A stretch of DNA of 64,000 nt from a virus: the IMG/VR virus record IMGVR_UViG_3300017917_003339, positions 28,495 to 92,494 of that record; one strand, 5' to 3'. The notes under the pieces were generated by a model. The model saw only the letters and a program-made list of their open reading frames with translations, searched no databases and had not been told where the DNA came from. The translations under genes were made by a program, and so were the position numbers. Position 1 is the first letter of the stretch; the number at the start of each line of letters is the position of its first letter. Below, in pieces: positions 1 to 10,069 of this stretch.

Positions 1-219
1 GAATTTACCACCTCTTGATTCCAAATAGGAAACCATTTTGGTCATTTCAGTACCGTAAAACTCATGATGCGAATACTTGTAAGCATCAGAACAAAGAATT
101 AAATTCTCTGGTTTTTCTAGGATTTTAGCAATTGGTTTTGCTAAGGATTCAACCAACGCCATGTCGTTGATTTCAATCGCTTCCCTAAGTCGCTCAATAA
201 GATATTTTTTTAGTCTCAT
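1..219 (-). CDS. nadV: nicotinamide phosphoribosyltransferase (NAMPT), N-terminal part; runs off the window edge
   Basis: Manual translation from ATG 219 gives MRLKKYLIERLREAIEIND...NLILCSDAYKYSHHEFYG...VSYLESRGGKF; DxYKxSH is the NAMPT N-terminal motif. Confidence 0.8.
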   Translation of the reverse strand, partial: MRLKKYLIERLREAIEINDMALVESLAKPIAKILEKPENLILCSDAYKYSHHEFYGTEMTKMVSYLESRGGKF

Positions 220-261
220 ATTAATTAAAATTTATGCAAATATACAATTTTATTTTTGTTC

Positions 262-606
262 CTACAAATTATTTGTGTTAATTATCAACACTTTTTTTCC
301 TAGTTTTTCCGCTTTGGATATGGAATCCTTGGTACCCTTAGATTCCATATCCCAGAAAGCAACTACAAATTCAGCTTCTTCAATTATTTGAGTATTGCGT
401 TTAAAACCAGCTGATTTACCATACTTTTCCCAATCAGGTAAAAAGATTTTTGTCGGTATGTTGTTTTCGTTGGCAAAGCGCTCACCTAATTTGTCAGCAC
501 CAACAGCGCCACCGCTAACTATTTCGGTTATTTTTAACCCTGATAGCGTTTCAACAACTTTATCATAGTTGTTAAACCCTCTTGAACCAACCACAGCTAC
601 TTTCAT
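262..606 (-). CDS. SLOG-family (YspA/DUF2493-like) protein
   Basis: VAVVGSRGF, IVSGGAVGAD, AGFKRN, FWDxxSKGT motifs. Confidence 0.8.
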   Translation of the reverse strand: MKVAVVGSRGFNNYDKVVETLSGLKITEIVSGGAVGADKLGERFANENNIPTKIFLPDWEKYGKSAGFKRNTQIIEEAEFVVAFWDMESKGTKDSISKAEKLGKKVLIINTNNL

Positions 607-2103
607 TCTAACACACCATTTTCGTTTCTAACCGCAAAGTACTCTGTGGTTAACTTTGATGGTTCTTTAACCCCAGCAGCAGCCAATAACTCTTTCATTT
701 CGTGCATAACAGCCTTGTGGTAGTTGTACACCCTAACTTTTTTGTCTTCTGGGTTAAGACCCTTGATAAGAATTTTGTTTTGGGTTGCTATACCTACTGG
801 GCATGTGTTTTTATTGCACTCTCTAGCTTGAATACATCCAAGGCTAAGCATGAACGCTCTAGCAGCGTTTACAATGTCAGCACCGTTGGCTCTTAGCTTA
901 AGTATGTCATAAGCTGACGTGGCTTTACCAGAAGCTATAACTCTGATATCCTCTCTAAGTCCAAACAAAGACAATGTTTCATCAACATAACGCAACGCAT
1001 CCATAAGTGGCATACCAACATGGTTGGTGAATACTATTGGAGCAGCACCAGTACCGCCTTCACCACCGTCAACTGTTATGAAATCTGGCCACATTTTATG
1101 AACAGCCATTTCATTACAAAGTCTTTTAAATTCATATTCATCACCCAAACACAATTTAATTCCGATTGGAAGACCATTGCTAAGGCTACGCAAACGTGCA
1201 ATAAAGATTAATAATTCTTTTGGATTTGAAAAAGCAGAGTGAAATGGTGGGCTTAACACATCAGTGTTTGGTTCTACACCACGAATATCCGCAATTTCTT
1301 GTGTATTCTTGGCAGCTGGCAATATACCGCCGTGACCAGGTTTGGCCCCTTGTGACAGTTTAATTTCCACCAACTTAACGTTGGCTTTTTTGATAGAAGC
1401 TAAGAATGCTTTCTCATCAAAAACTCTTTTACCATCAATGGTTTTACCAGCTCCAAAATACCCTGTACCTATTTGGAAACACAAATCACCACCGTTTTTG
1501 ATATGGTATGGGGAAATCCCACCCTCACCAGTATTGTGATAAAATTGTCCCAACTTGGCACCACCATTCAAAGCCAACACAGCAGCGTTGGACAATGCGC
1601 CATAACTCATGGCGCTGATATTGAAGATAGAAGCTGAATAAGGCTTCTTACAAAATTTTGAACCTATTTGTATTCTAGGGATTGTTACATCGTCAACAGA
1701 TACTGGGTACATAGAATGTCTAAGGAATTCGTACCCTTTTTTGGTATACGTCTAGCTGAGTTCCAAATGGTGTGCTATTGACATCACCCTTGGCTTTTTG
1801 GTAAACGTCAGAGCGTTTCTCTCTGTTGTAAGGCGTTCCGTTAGTATCGTGTTCAATAAAGTATTGCTGTATCTTTGAACGCTCGTGTTCAAAAACCCAT
1901 CTAAGCCTACCCAATAGTGGATAGTTTCGTAACAACGCGTGTTTTGTTTGCATAATGTCGTGAATAACAACAACCAAACAAACAGCTGAAATAGTTGCCA
2001 AAGCCCATAACACAGGACTTTGTAGGAAGTATGATGCAAATCCGAAGATAAACATCCAAGCGATAAAAAATGTCAGTATTTTATCTCTAGTAAGATTGCT
2101 CAT
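603..2103 (-). CDS. FMN-binding glutamate synthase family protein, split into ORFs 1720-2103 and 603-1712 by a frameshift near 1737-1742
   Basis: N-terminal part has TM helices and HALLRNYPLLGRLR; C-terminal part has ISAMSYGALS, NTGEGG, EIKLSQGAKPGHGG, DGGEGGTGAA and CIQARECNKNTCPVG. Confidence 0.85.
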
Positions 2104-2105
2104 GA

Positions 2106-2711
2106 TTATTTAATTTTTACGTTCTCAAAATCAACGTGTAAGTCTGTGGTAAATTCTTTACCGAATCTGTTTTTAACAACTTTTAAAGTTGTGTTAGGTC
2201 TTTTCTTCCAAAACAAAAGAAAATCATACCATTTTTTTCCGTGGTTAACTCTTTTAATAGCGACAAACATGTCAGCAAGATGTAATTGAGAACGATTGGT
2301 TTGAAAACTATCGTTCTTTGGTGCAAAACGTTTTAACTGAGTTGAGACGAATATTGGTGTATTGTAGTCTTGAGACAGACGAGCCAAATCTTCATAATTT
2401 ATAATCGGAAAATCAATTATCACCAAATCAAATCCCTTTTGGAAAAAAGGTTTTAAGTTAGTTTCAGGTAAGACCACAGAGTCAATAGTGATAGCACCAT
2501 TAACATCTACTTTTTTACCCAAATATTTCTCAATTCTTTTTAAGATTGGTTTAGATTTTGTTTCGGTAAGATATAATACTTTCTTCCCATCTAAATAAAC
2601 CTCAGCGGCCAATATAGAAAGCAATGTGGTTTTACCACTACCAGCGTATGAACCAAAAAACACTTTTGGTTTGTCTTCTAGGTTTAGCCCTAGTAATTTT
2701 AATAATTTCAT
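2106..2711 (-). CDS. P-loop NTPase, RecA/DnaB C-terminal-like
   Basis: AGSGKTT Walker A, LVIID Walker B, STQLKR, VVKNRFG. Confidence 0.65.
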   Translation of the reverse strand: MKLLKLLGLNLEDKPKVFFGSYAGSGKTTLLSILAAEVYLDGKKVLYLTETKSKPILKRIEKYLGKKVDVNGAITIDSVVLPETNLKPFFQKGFDLVIIDFPIINYEDLARLSQDYNTPIFVSTQLKRFAPKNDSFQTNRSQLHLADMFVAIKRVNHGKKWYDFLLFWKKRPNTTLKVVKNRFGKEFTTDLHVDFENVKIK

Positions 2712-3694
2712 TTTAAAGCAATCAATTTGTCGGTTACTACTTTTTTCAAGAATGTTTTCATAAGTTCAATATGCTCTGGAACGATTTTATCCTCCAATTT
2801 CCATGTGTATTTGATTGGTGGTACGTGACCGTCGCCAAGACTTGGTTCTTGTTCATGTTCAAACAAATCAGTCAAATCAAAATATTTAACCTCAGCAATA
2901 TCGTCAGAAGCCTCAGGTTTTCCCATTTGGTCCCATTCATAGAACAAGAACAATGTTGTCATGATACCAGAATCTTCTCTCTCATAACGCCAATCCTTGA
3001 TTTGTTGACTGGCAACATACGTTGGTTTAAGGCCAGATAATTTGGTTTCTTCAAACAACTCTCTACGAGCAGCGGTTTCATAACAATCATCCGTTCTGTC
3101 GACAAACCCACCAACAAATCTAAATTTGTCTTCTGCTGGTTTTCTCGCTAAAAGGATTTGTCCGTTATAGTTGGCTACAACAATGTCAACAGTTGGATAA
3201 GTTACTGGTCTTTGTTTTGAAATACCGTAGATGACCCCAGCTCTGAAATCCTCAGAGTCTAACACTTCACTAGAAGCATTTGCTCTAATATCTGTAGCGT
3301 TGTGTGAAGACACTTGGTCTAGCATTTCTGTTTTGTGTTCCCCTGAATAGAAAGGAATAAATGAATCTCTGCTACCATACAAGATAGCTTGTTTTTCAGG
3401 GAATATCGTTGCAAGAGTGTTGTCAACATTTTCAGACCATTTTTCATCGCTTCTATGGTCTGGCAACGCCATAACAATAACCTCTGGGTATCTTTCTTGG
3501 ATTAATTTTCTACGAGTTGCAAAATCCAATGGATTTCTTTTTGTGTTTTGAATTCTAGGGATTCCCAAGAAAACAACAACGTTTGAGTGCATTTCACATA
3601 CTTTGTCTAAAACGCTAGTATGTCCTTCGTGTAAATATGGTGTTTGGAATCTTCCAATCATTACACCAACTTCTGGTTTTTTAATATCTTCCAT
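2708..3694 (-). CDS. bifunctional NMN adenylyltransferase / ADP-ribose pyrophosphatase (NadM-Nudix)
   Basis: IGRFQ..HEGH, RNPLDF, Nudix box GGFVD...AARRELFEET. Confidence 0.9.
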   Translation of the reverse strand: MEDIKKPEVGVMIGRFQTPYLHEGHTSVLDKVCEMHSNVVVFLGIPRIQNTKRNPLDFATRRKLIQERYPEVIVMALPDHRSDEKWSENVDNTLATIFPEKQAILYGSRDSFIPFYSGEHKTEMLDQVSSHNATDIRANASSEVLDSEDFRAGVIYGISKQRPVTYPTVDIVVANYNGQILLARKPAEDKFRFVGGFVDRTDDCYETAARRELFEETKLSGLKPTYVASQQIKDWRYEREDSGIMTTLFLFYEWDQMGKPEASDDIAEVKYFDLTDLFEHEQEPSLGDGHVPPIKYTWKLEDKIVPEHIELMKTFLKKVVTDKLIALK

Positions 3695-3762
3695 TTTTTA
3701 TTCTTTTACGATGCAAATATACACAAAAAATCCCAATAAAAAAATTTATTGGGACTTTTTTT

Positions 3763-5124
3763 TTAGTTAATAAAACCCATTTTGGATTTTTCTTTGTCTA
3801 CTTGGCTCATATAGAAGCCTTTGTACGACTCTTTGATAAGACTCACAGTGTCTTCAAGGGTCCAATTTTCATCTTCTTCTGACATTTCAATGATGTTGTC
3901 AGCCAAGTTAGCAATAAACGCACCAGTAATATTTGGTTTTTTACCACCAATGTTTTCGGTTAACGCATCATATACTTCTTTGATTCTCCATTTCTCTGGT
4001 AAGTGGATATCACAAACTTTGATGATTTGTTCTTCGTTCAAGAATGTGTAATCCAAAGTGAAGTTGAAACGACCTGGTCTCTCTGCCGCTTTGTCAACAA
4101 GTCCTTTGTCGTTGGTTGAAGCCAAAAGGCTGATTTTACGTTTCTTAACACCATCAAAGAATGATAAGAATTGACCAAGCATTCTTGTGTAGGACCCGTT
4201 ATCACGAGAACCCAAGTACAAGTCGATGTCGTCCATGATGATTACAGCGCTTTCAAAAATCTCACATGCTTCCATGATTGAATTCAAGTCACCAGTAGTG
4301 GTAAAGTCTGGAATCACAAAGGTAACATCTGGGATAAGACGACGACAGATTTCACGGATACTTTCGGTTTTTCCCGTACCAGGCTCGCCATTCAATAAGT
4401 ATCTAGCACTACCACCTCTGGCCACACGAGTAATAAAGTGTTCAATGTATCTACGTTGAACAGGAGTCATAATTAACTCGTTAGACGCCTCTTTGATGTC
4501 GATTACAGAGATACCCTTAAAACGACCCTCGATAAGAGAAATTTTAATACACTTGCCTTTGTACTCAGAGTTGTTGAACGCAAGAGATTTGATTTTCTTG
4601 AACGCTTCTTCGAACTCTTTGTATTTGAGACCTTTCTTGCTTGTGATGTGGATTTGGTTAATTAAATCACCTCTACCATCTGTAAACATTTTGGTTTGGA
4701 TAAACCACTCATTTTCATCCTCGGCAAACGTACAGTTAAACCAGAAAGAATCAATGTTGTTGAAAGAACCACCAATAGTAATTCTACCGATGTTATCAGT
4801 GTCACCGTACATTCTAACACTGATGTCTTTGTTGTTTTTTTTGACGTATGCGTCATGAAGAAAAGAATTTACGATAGCAAATTCAACAAACGATACTTCT
4901 TCTGTGTGTTCGTTGCTAGTATAGTCATCAAATTCATCTTCATCTAGGTCGATTGGCTTAGATTCTGGGTCCGTATAAGTAATTTCTGGTTCTTGCATGT
5001 TTTTACTTTTTTTATTTGATTTTAAAGAGTTAACAATGTCTTCAAATGGTAACTCTATTGTTTTAATCTTATTTGACATAAAATTTGTTTTAATGGTTAT
5101 TTTAATGGTGGTCAACTGATTCAA
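3763..5124 (-). CDS. AAA+ ATPase (true start probably 5079, MSNKIK)
   Basis: GEPGTGKT, IIMDDID, ASTND, AAERPGRF. Confidence 0.85.
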   Translation of the reverse strand: MNQLTTIKITIKTNFMSNKIKTIELPFEDIVNSLKSNKKSKNMQEPEITYTDPESKPIDLDEDEFDDYTSNEHTEEVSFVEFAIVNSFLHDAYVKKNNKDISVRMYGDTDNIGRITIGGSFNNIDSFWFNCTFAEDENEWFIQTKMFTDGRGDLINQIHITSKKGLKYKEFEEAFKKIKSLAFNNSEYKGKCIKISLIEGRFKGISVIDIKEASNELIMTPVQRRYIEHFITRVARGGSARYLLNGEPGTGKTESIREICRRLIPDVTFVIPDFTTTGDLNSIMEACEIFESAVIIMDDIDLYLGSRDNGSYTRMLGQFLSFFDGVKKRKISLLASTNDKGLVDKAAERPGRFNFTLDYTFLNEEQIIKVCDIHLPEKWRIKEVYDALTENIGGKKPNITGAFIANLADNIIEMSEEDENWTLEDTVSLIKESYKGFYMSQVDKEKSKMGFIN

Positions 5125-5692
5125 TTTCTCTACTTTTCATAATCTCTTTGATTTGAGAATAGCTGACTGGCTTATAATCCCATCCGTTGCAACCCATATC
5201 CAAAACTTTACGTTTGTAATACTCTGGGTTGTTTGGTACCAGACTCTGGTGACAGTGACCGTGCAAATGCCAATCACCGTGGTGTGCTTTGTCCCATGAT
5301 AATATAGGATAGTGCATTATCATTATCCCTTGATATTTTCTTGGGTTATCAGTGTCTAACACCGATAAGTTAATGTAATCGCTTACTGTTTCAAATCTGC
5401 CTAGTTTGCGTATGTCTTTTTCATTGTCATGATTACCCAATACGAAGTGTATCTTACCGTTTAGCTGGTCTACAATCGCCTTTGCAGCACCGCCAGAGCG
5501 GTCGAAGCATAAGTCACCCATGTAGATTACTGTATCGTTTACACCAACCAATTCGTTCCAATTCTCTATGAGCGTATGGTCCATCTCTTGCGAGTTGGCG
5601 AATGGTCGGTTATCGTATTTAATAACGTTAGTATGACAAAAATGATAATCAGACGCAAACCAAACGTTTTGGTTATCTATTTTTAATCTCAT
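5102..5692 (-). CDS. calcineurin-like metallophosphoesterase
   Basis: SDYHFCH, MGD, GNHD, HGHCH. Confidence 0.9.
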   Translation of the reverse strand: MRLKIDNQNVWFASDYHFCHTNVIKYDNRPFANSQEMDHTLIENWNELVGVNDTVIYMGDLCFDRSGGAAKAIVDQLNGKIHFVLGNHDNEKDIRKLGRFETVSDYINLSVLDTDNPRKYQGIMIMHYPILSWDKAHHGDWHLHGHCHQSLVPNNPEYYKRKVLDMGCNGWDYKPVSYSQIKEIMKSREIESVDHH

Positions 5693-6275
5693 TTTTTTCT
5701 AACTGTTCTTTTAATTTTAACAGCGCTTCACTGGCGTCACCCAATGAATATGTTGCACCATGTTTTTTTGTTTCTAATTTTTTTACTTTGTTTTGGATGT
5801 TCTCGTCTCCAATTTGTTTTGCTCTTTCTAAGAAAGACTCACGTCTGATGTCACCCAACAACCAATTGATGTGTTTATCACCTCTAAGTGATTTGGTGAT
5901 AACCCAATCAAAAAATTCTTGATAGGCATCGATAGACATGAACGTTGTGGTTTTTTCGCCAGTCACCCCAAGTTTTCTATCACCAACTAATTTTTTCATT
6001 GGTGTAATGCTAGGTGCCTTGTCATCCAACGCTAGTTTAAGACTTTCCAAAAAGTCTTTTTTGAACTGCTCAGTTTGTGTTCCTTCAAGGATGTCTTGGA
6101 TTGAGAATAGTTTATCCCCAGTTAAAACACAAACGAATGGTCCTTTTGGTCTGTCGAAAACTTTTTCAGCTTTGTTTATTGGTACATATGAACGTACCAA
6201 ATGGTTTAAAAAGTTTCTCTTTTTGTTGTCGGTTAGCATAGCATCTAGCTTTGCGAAAATTTCTTGTTTGTCCAT
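5673..6275 (-). CDS. hypothetical protein
   Basis: 200 aa ORF in tight operon. Confidence 0.7.
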   Translation of the reverse strand: MDKQEIFAKLDAMLTDNKKRNFLNHLVRSYVPINKAEKVFDRPKGPFVCVLTGDKLFSIQDILEGTQTEQFKKDFLESLKLALDDKAPSITPMKKLVGDRKLGVTGEKTTTFMSIDAYQEFFDWVITKSLRGDKHINWLLGDIRRESFLERAKQIGDENIQNKVKKLETKKHGATYSLGDASEALLKLKEQLEKNEIKNR

Positions 6276-6277
6276 TT

Positions 6278-6673
6278 TTATGATAAAATTATGTAATTAA
6301 ATACTGCAAAAATTTGAAGATAATGTAACCATTGGTCAAAGCCTATGGTGGTGAAAAACTGCCTATATTTTTTGTTTTTGTAATATCTTCCAGTGATACG
6401 ACTGGTGATGTAATCCGTAATAAAATGCATCACAAATATCGACAAAGCTGCTATTACGTATTGTAATAAGGTTGCATGTAAGCCAACTATCGAAAATAGT
6501 ATAAACCATGATAGAATAGTCGTTAAAGTATAAACACCTACATGCATCCCTAACCAATAATTGCTGGTACTTTTATTGTTAGCCATTTGTTCGGTTTGCA
6601 AAACGAAATCCGCAACCCAATGAACAAATAGGAAAAATAATACGTAAGCAAAAAATATAGTAACTAAATCCAT
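6278..6673 (-). CDS. DUF3307-like membrane protein
   Basis: HWVADFVLQ, MHFITD, GFDQWLH. Confidence 0.8.
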   Translation of the reverse strand: MDLVTIFFAYVLFFLFVHWVADFVLQTEQMANNKSTSNYWLGMHVGVYTLTTILSWFILFSIVGLHATLLQYVIAALSIFVMHFITDYITSRITGRYYKNKKYRQFFTTIGFDQWLHYLQIFAVFNYIILS

Positions 6674-7065
6674 TACACTTCTGCAATTATAGTAGAAACT
6701 AGCTTCATATCAGCTAACCCTTTATATTCTTTGCTAAACAAGCCCATGATTTGACCTGCGTTTGTAAAACCGCTATTTTTGTAACCACTGATGATTTCTC
6801 TGATTTGAGCTTCATCCATCAATTGTGGTAAATACGGTTTTAAGTATTCCAACTCAGTCAAAGATTGTTCGTTGTCAGTTTGTTTAAGCGATTTTTCCAA
6901 TCTACGTAGAATAGTCAATGTGTTACCGTCATTGCTAACCACATTTGGTCGCATTTCTTCATTTTGGATTTCACTCTTTAAGAGACCCAAAAAATTCTTT
7001 CTATCCATGTCCTTGGCTTTAAACGCTTCGATAAAATCTGCGTTAATTCTTTCTTTAATTGTCAT
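6673..7065 (-). CDS. GatB/YqeY domain protein
   Basis: AFKAKD, ELEYLKPYLPQLM, GQIMG...KGLAD. Confidence 0.85.
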   Translation of the reverse strand: MTIKERINADFIEAFKAKDMDRKNFLGLLKSEIQNEEMRPNVVSNDGNTLTILRRLEKSLKQTDNEQSLTELEYLKPYLPQLMDEAQIREIISGYKNSGFTNAGQIMGLFSKEYKGLADMKLVSTIIAEV

Positions 7066-7070
7066 GATAA

Positions 7071-7409
7071 TTAATGTTTGTTTATGAAATAATAATGATA
7101 AGCGTTGTCTCCGTCAACAGCATAATACGCTAAAGTTAACTCACCTTTTTGTACTCTATCGGCTATGTGTTTTCTTTCTTCGATATCAGCATTGGATGCG
7201 ACTCTTATCGTTTTAAAATCTGTTTTTTTTCTTTTTTCTTCTTTTGGTTTTGGTTCCTCTATAGAAACCTCAACGGGTTTAACTTCCTCAACTTTAGGTT
7301 TTGTAACTCTAGTCTTAACGGGTTTTGGTTCCTCAACTTTCTCCCTTTTTTTAGGAACTATGGGTTTAACCACTGGTTTAAGTTCTGCTTTTTTTCTTTC
7401 CTTAGCCAT
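7071..7409 (-). CDS. hypothetical K/E/P-rich protein
   Basis: ORF. Confidence 0.6.
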   Translation of the reverse strand: MAKERKKAELKPVVKPIVPKKREKVEEPKPVKTRVTKPKVEEVKPVEVSIEEPKPKEEKRKKTDFKTIRVASNADIEERKHIADRVQKGELTLAYYAVDGDNAYHYYFINKH

Positions 7410-7436
7410 ATGTTACAAAGTTACTAAATTAAAATG

Positions 7437-7943
7437 TTAAAAACAATCTTTTAGTTGTTTTTTTTCGTATAATTCAAATCTGAATTTAAGACCATTTTCT
7501 TCGTGCATCTCACTACCTTCAACAAGACACCAATCTTCTGAGTTTAACCCTTCCAAAAAGACATCACCTTCAATCTCGTGGTGTATTTGAGTCAAATACA
7601 ATCTGTGAGCGTATTTAAACGCTTCTCTGTACAATTCAGCACCACCAATTATGAAAACTTGGTCATGGCTATTTTCGTTTGATGTTAGGATTTGTTCTAA
7701 GTCATTTGACACAATAGCACCGTTGGCCACATAATTTTCATCTCTAGTCATCACAATGTTCTTACGATTAGGCAAAGGTCTGAATTTTTCTGGTATACTC
7801 TCCCAACACTTACGACCCATAACCACAGTGTGTCCCTTGGTTGTGTCTTTAAAGTATTTCATGTCTGTTGGCAAATGCCATGGCAAATCGTTATCTTTAC
7901 CGATAACTAAATTAGTTGACGCTGCTACGATTATGTTTATCAT
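7437..7943 (-). CDS. folA: dihydrofolate reductase
   Basis: IGKDNDLPWHLPTDMKYFK, VMGRK.WESI, PLPNRKNIV, IIGGAELY. Confidence 0.97.
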   Translation of the reverse strand: MINIIVAASTNLVIGKDNDLPWHLPTDMKYFKDTTKGHTVVMGRKCWESIPEKFRPLPNRKNIVMTRDENYVANGAIVSNDLEQILTSNENSHDQVFIIGGAELYREAFKYAHRLYLTQIHHEIEGDVFLEGLNSEDWCLVEGSEMHEENGLKFRFELYEKKQLKDCF

Positions 7944-8121
7944 CTTCTTGTTGTTTTAAGGTTTCGTCTGTTATTGATACTAGAGTGTTTTTATCGTAAG
8001 TCATTACATCAAAAACAACTGAGCGGCCTTGGTTTAGCCAGCGTTTGAAAATGAGTTCTCCTTTTCCATTGAATAAGTACAACTCGTTTCCGTGAATTTC
8101 TTTTCTAAATGTCCCTTCCAT
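7912..8121 (-). CDS. hypothetical protein
   Basis: ORF in operon. Confidence 0.55.
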   Translation of the reverse strand: MEGTFRKEIHGNELYLFNGKGELIFKRWLNQGRSVVFDVMTYDKNTLVSITDETLKQQEDDKHNRSSVN

Positions 8122-8123
8122 AA

Positions 8124-9035
8124 TTATGATTTTAAGGTTTCAAGCATTGTTTTAAACAATTTATGTGTTGGTAAATCGTTAGGGTCTCCAGCAAACGGAT
8201 TTTCAATCTCACTACTGATAATCTCAACCCCAGCAATTATATAATATATCAACATTACTAGTGGAACTGACCAGATACCTAAGTCATGGAACATACCGAA
8301 TGGCAATGTTAACAAATAAATCATCACACTAACTTTGATATGAAACACGTAAGACAAAGGGATTGGTGTGTTTTTGATTCTTTCCAATTGGTTAGAATAT
8401 TCCATCAATTTTAAGAAAGAATTATTTAACATACCCTTTACGTTATCGTCTTGTTTAAGATATGAAACGTTTCTAAACAAACTTTCCAAGTAATTTTTTT
8501 GTTTTACATGAAAAGCAAGTGAATGTTGATTGTCTTGACCAATGGTAAGGTAATTTCTAAGTGATAATAGAAAATCATTCAATTGTTTCTTTATTTCACG
8601 TACATGGTCCGATTCATATATATCTAAATGTGATATTCTTAAACTATTAAGTCTAGCTGTTACGATTGATACTTCGCTGGCTACACTAGCGATAATCTTT
8701 CTACCATCCCACCAACGGTCATACGCTGTATTGGTTCTAAATACTAACAATAAACCAATCACGATACCAATAAGGCTGTGCATAGCTGATGGGATTGTAA
8801 AAGATGTTAATTCAAAATATTTTATTGAATACCAAACAACAAATGTAAACAACCCCATCCCTAGTGTTCTGTATAACAAAACCTTCAAGTAAATGTTCGG
8901 TTTAGCAAACAATAAATAAAAAATGTTACCCTTGATTTTACTCTGAATCTCGTTGGATTTAATATCTGAAATCACAACTAAGTTCTTGCCTTTTTTCGTT
9001 AAGCTTTTCAACCAATTTGGTATAAAATTCTTCAT
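8124..9035 (-). CDS. bestrophin-family ion channel
   Basis: LLVFRTNTAYDRWWDGR, ERIKNTPIP, EIENPFAGDPNDLP. Confidence 0.92.
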   Translation of the reverse strand: MKNFIPNWLKSLTKKGKNLVVISDIKSNEIQSKIKGNIFYLLFAKPNIYLKVLLYRTLGMGLFTFVVWYSIKYFELTSFTIPSAMHSLIGIVIGLLLVFRTNTAYDRWWDGRKIIASVASEVSIVTARLNSLRISHLDIYESDHVREIKKQLNDFLLSLRNYLTIGQDNQHSLAFHVKQKNYLESLFRNVSYLKQDDNVKGMLNNSFLKLMEYSNQLERIKNTPIPLSYVFHIKVSVMIYLLTLPFGMFHDLGIWSVPLVMLIYYIIAGVEIISSEIENPFAGDPNDLPTHKLFKTMLETLKS

Positions 9036-9189
9036 TGTTTGTTTGTTGTTTAAAATTTTCTAAATAGTTTGCAGCATTCTTTACATGCACACATGTTGTA
9101 CATGAAGCTATAATGTTACTAGCCTTGTTAACCGCTTTTGTTAAATCAAGTTTATTCATATTATTCCTCTTTAAGAGAAAGCTTTTCAA
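8959..9189 (-). CDS. hypothetical protein
   Basis: ORF in operon. Confidence 0.5.
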   Translation of the reverse strand: MKSFLLKRNNMNKLDLTKAVNKASNIIASCTTCVHVKNAANYLENFKQQTNNEEFYTKLVEKLNEKRQELSCDFRY

Positions 9190-9580
9190 AACTCAAATTG
9201 TGGTGGTGAGATTTTTTGTTTTTCATACTAACAAACGTAAAGTTAGCAGCACATATTTCTTCAACTTCACCAGTTTGGCTTTCTCGCGTTACTGTAATTT
9301 TGATTTGGATAGAAGAACGACCTAGTCCCTTAATCTCAGCTTTCATTGTAATTAAATCACCTAAGAAGGCTGGTTTCTTGAAGTCGATTTTGTCGACACT
9401 AGCGGTAACCGCCCCATCACATTCTGTGTCATATAATGCTCTACGAACAACCTTAACACCAGCAACGTCCATCTCGGCCATTACTTTACCACCAAATAGT
9501 GTATCAGCATAATTTAAGTCTTGCGGGAACACTGTGAATGAATGAGTGGCAGTTAATCTATCACCTTTAAATTTTTCCAT
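9161..9580 (-). CDS. acyl-CoA thioesterase (hotdog fold)
   Basis: VFPQDLN..TLFGG, VTASVDKIDFKKP. Confidence 0.9.
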   Translation of the reverse strand: MEKFKGDRLTATHSFTVFPQDLNYADTLFGGKVMAEMDVAGVKVVRRALYDTECDGAVTASVDKIDFKKPAFLGDLITMKAEIKGLGRSSIQIKITVTRESQTGEVEEICAANFTFVSMKNKKSHHHNLSFEKLSLKEE

Positions 9581-9867
9581 TACTTTAATTCTTTATTTAG
9601 TCTAACAATAATTTTTGTAATCATGTCATTCCCATTGACGTATCCGTTGTCTTCGGCCACACCAACCATAAAACATAACGCTTCTGTTAAACAGTTTATG
9701 TCTGTGGTAATCACCTCTTTAGCTTCTTCAGCTGTTGTTGGTGGTGCCACATCCTCAGGTTTGTTTATTGAAATCGGAGTTTTGCTTTCTGTGTCGATGG
9801 TAATGTTTATTACGGTTTTCATACTAATATTTTTTGCAAATATACTAATTATTTCAACAAATACCAA
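9580..9867 (-). CDS. hypothetical protein
   Basis: ORF; likely start MKTVIN. Confidence 0.55.
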   Translation of the reverse strand: MVFVEIISIFAKNISMKTVINITIDTESKTPISINKPEDVAPPTTAEEAKEVITTDINCLTEALCFMVGVAEDNGYVNGNDMITKIIVRLNKELK

Positions 9868-9890
9868 TATTTATAGTAAAAATTAATGTT

Positions 9891-10043
9891 ATGGCTAAAA
9901 CACAATCAAAATCAACAAGCGTTTCTGTTAGAATTGCAAAACCTAAGAAAAAAAGACCAGGCGTACACGCAAAGTCAAAGTCGTCAAAATTAAAGAAATC
10001 TAAAAATTACTTGAAAAAGTACAAAGGACAGGGTCAAAATTAA
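9891..10043 (+). CDS. 50-aa very basic protein
   Basis: Manual translation MAKTQSKSTSVSVRIAKPKKKRPGVHAKSKSSKLKKSKNYLKKYKGQGQN, preceded by ATATTTATA motif and followed by a bidirectional terminator. Confidence 0.7.
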   Translation: MAKTQSKSTSVSVRIAKPKKKRPGVHAKSKSSKLKKSKNYLKKYKGQGQN

Positions 10044-10069
10044 AAAGAGGGGTCAAACCCCTCTTTTTT
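10042..10069. terminator. bidirectional intrinsic terminator
   Basis: aaaaagaggggtcaaacccctctttttt between convergent genes. Confidence 0.85.
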
